From positions 1 through 31,058 of the forward strand of contig CALKWZ010000080.1 of NCBI GenBank assembly GCA_938003985.1: DNA of 31,058 nucleotides, in the 5' to 3' direction. Position 1 is the stretch's first letter, and each line of letters opens with the position of its first letter. The stretch is from an uncultured Verrucomicrobiota bacterium. Its GTDB lineage: Bacteria > Verrucomicrobiota > Kiritimatiellia > CAIQIC01 > Lenti-01. Below are positions 30,879 to 31,058 of this stretch, piece by piece. The notes below the pieces were generated by a model. It was not told where the DNA came from. It saw nothing but the letters and a program-made list of their open reading frames with translations, and did no database searches. The translations under genes and the position numbers were made by a program.

Positions 30879-31058
30879 TCAGGCGTTTTCGGGCGGATGG
30901 GGAATGCGGTACACGATGGCGTAGTTGACGGGAATGACGACCATCGTCAGCACCGTGGCGAACGTCAGCCCGCACATGATCGTGACGGCCATCGCGGCGT
31001 AGAACGCGTCCGTCACCAGCGGCAGCATGCCCAGCACCGTCGTCAGCGCCGCCAGCGC
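30879..31058 (-). CDS. C-terminal end of RND (AcrB-family) efflux permease, N-terminus beyond window
   Basis: Minus-strand reading ALAALTTVLGMLPLVTDAFYAAMAVTIMCGLTFATVLTMVVIPVNYAIVYRIPHPPENA*; matches the last TM helices of RND pumps. Absent from the ORF track because it is truncated. Confidence 0.75.
   Translation of the reverse strand, partial: ALAALTTVLGMLPLVTDAFYAAMAVTIMCGLTFATVLTMVVIPVNYAIVYRIPHPPENA

Overview
31 kb of high-GC, densely coded bacterial chromosome. The gene style would fit a PVC/Kiritimatiellota-like genome, but that is an inference and cannot be settled here. Most long ORFs in the supplied track are antisense shadows of real genes. The centrepiece (about 5.0-12.3 kb) is a thiol/arsenic island: arsR1, an ArsP-type permease, a small thioredoxin-like protein, a membrane-anchored thioredoxin, a CcdA-like protein and a CPTC thiol protein. 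A second unit with its own promoter and operator-like palindrome follows: arsR2-hgcA-hgcB-arsC, then an ACR3 arsenite exporter. hgcA and hgcB are the mercury methylation genes, and they sit in translationally coupled order between an ArsR gene and arsenate reductase. This HgcA has Glu where the canonical cap-helix motif has Lys (NVWCAAGE instead of NVWCAAGK). Directly downstream are three tandem Na/Pi-cotransporter-PhoU genes, the first fused to an N-terminal PstS-like phosphate-binding domain. Other content: thrombospondin-type-3 repeat protein (partial), thiol peroxidase, RsmE, an outer-membrane barrel, a VWA protein, a lower mevalonate pathway trio, a DciA/DUF721 protein, a repeat-invaded solute-binding-protein/ABC-permease fusion, a BrnT/BrnA-like toxin-antitoxin pair, RsgA, an RNHCP protein, a PIF1-like helicase with an HRDC-like tail, a membrane protein and the tail of an RND efflux pump. 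Several unusual repeats/inverted repeats occur at 22.3-22.7 kb, 24.3 kb and 27.85-27.96 kb.
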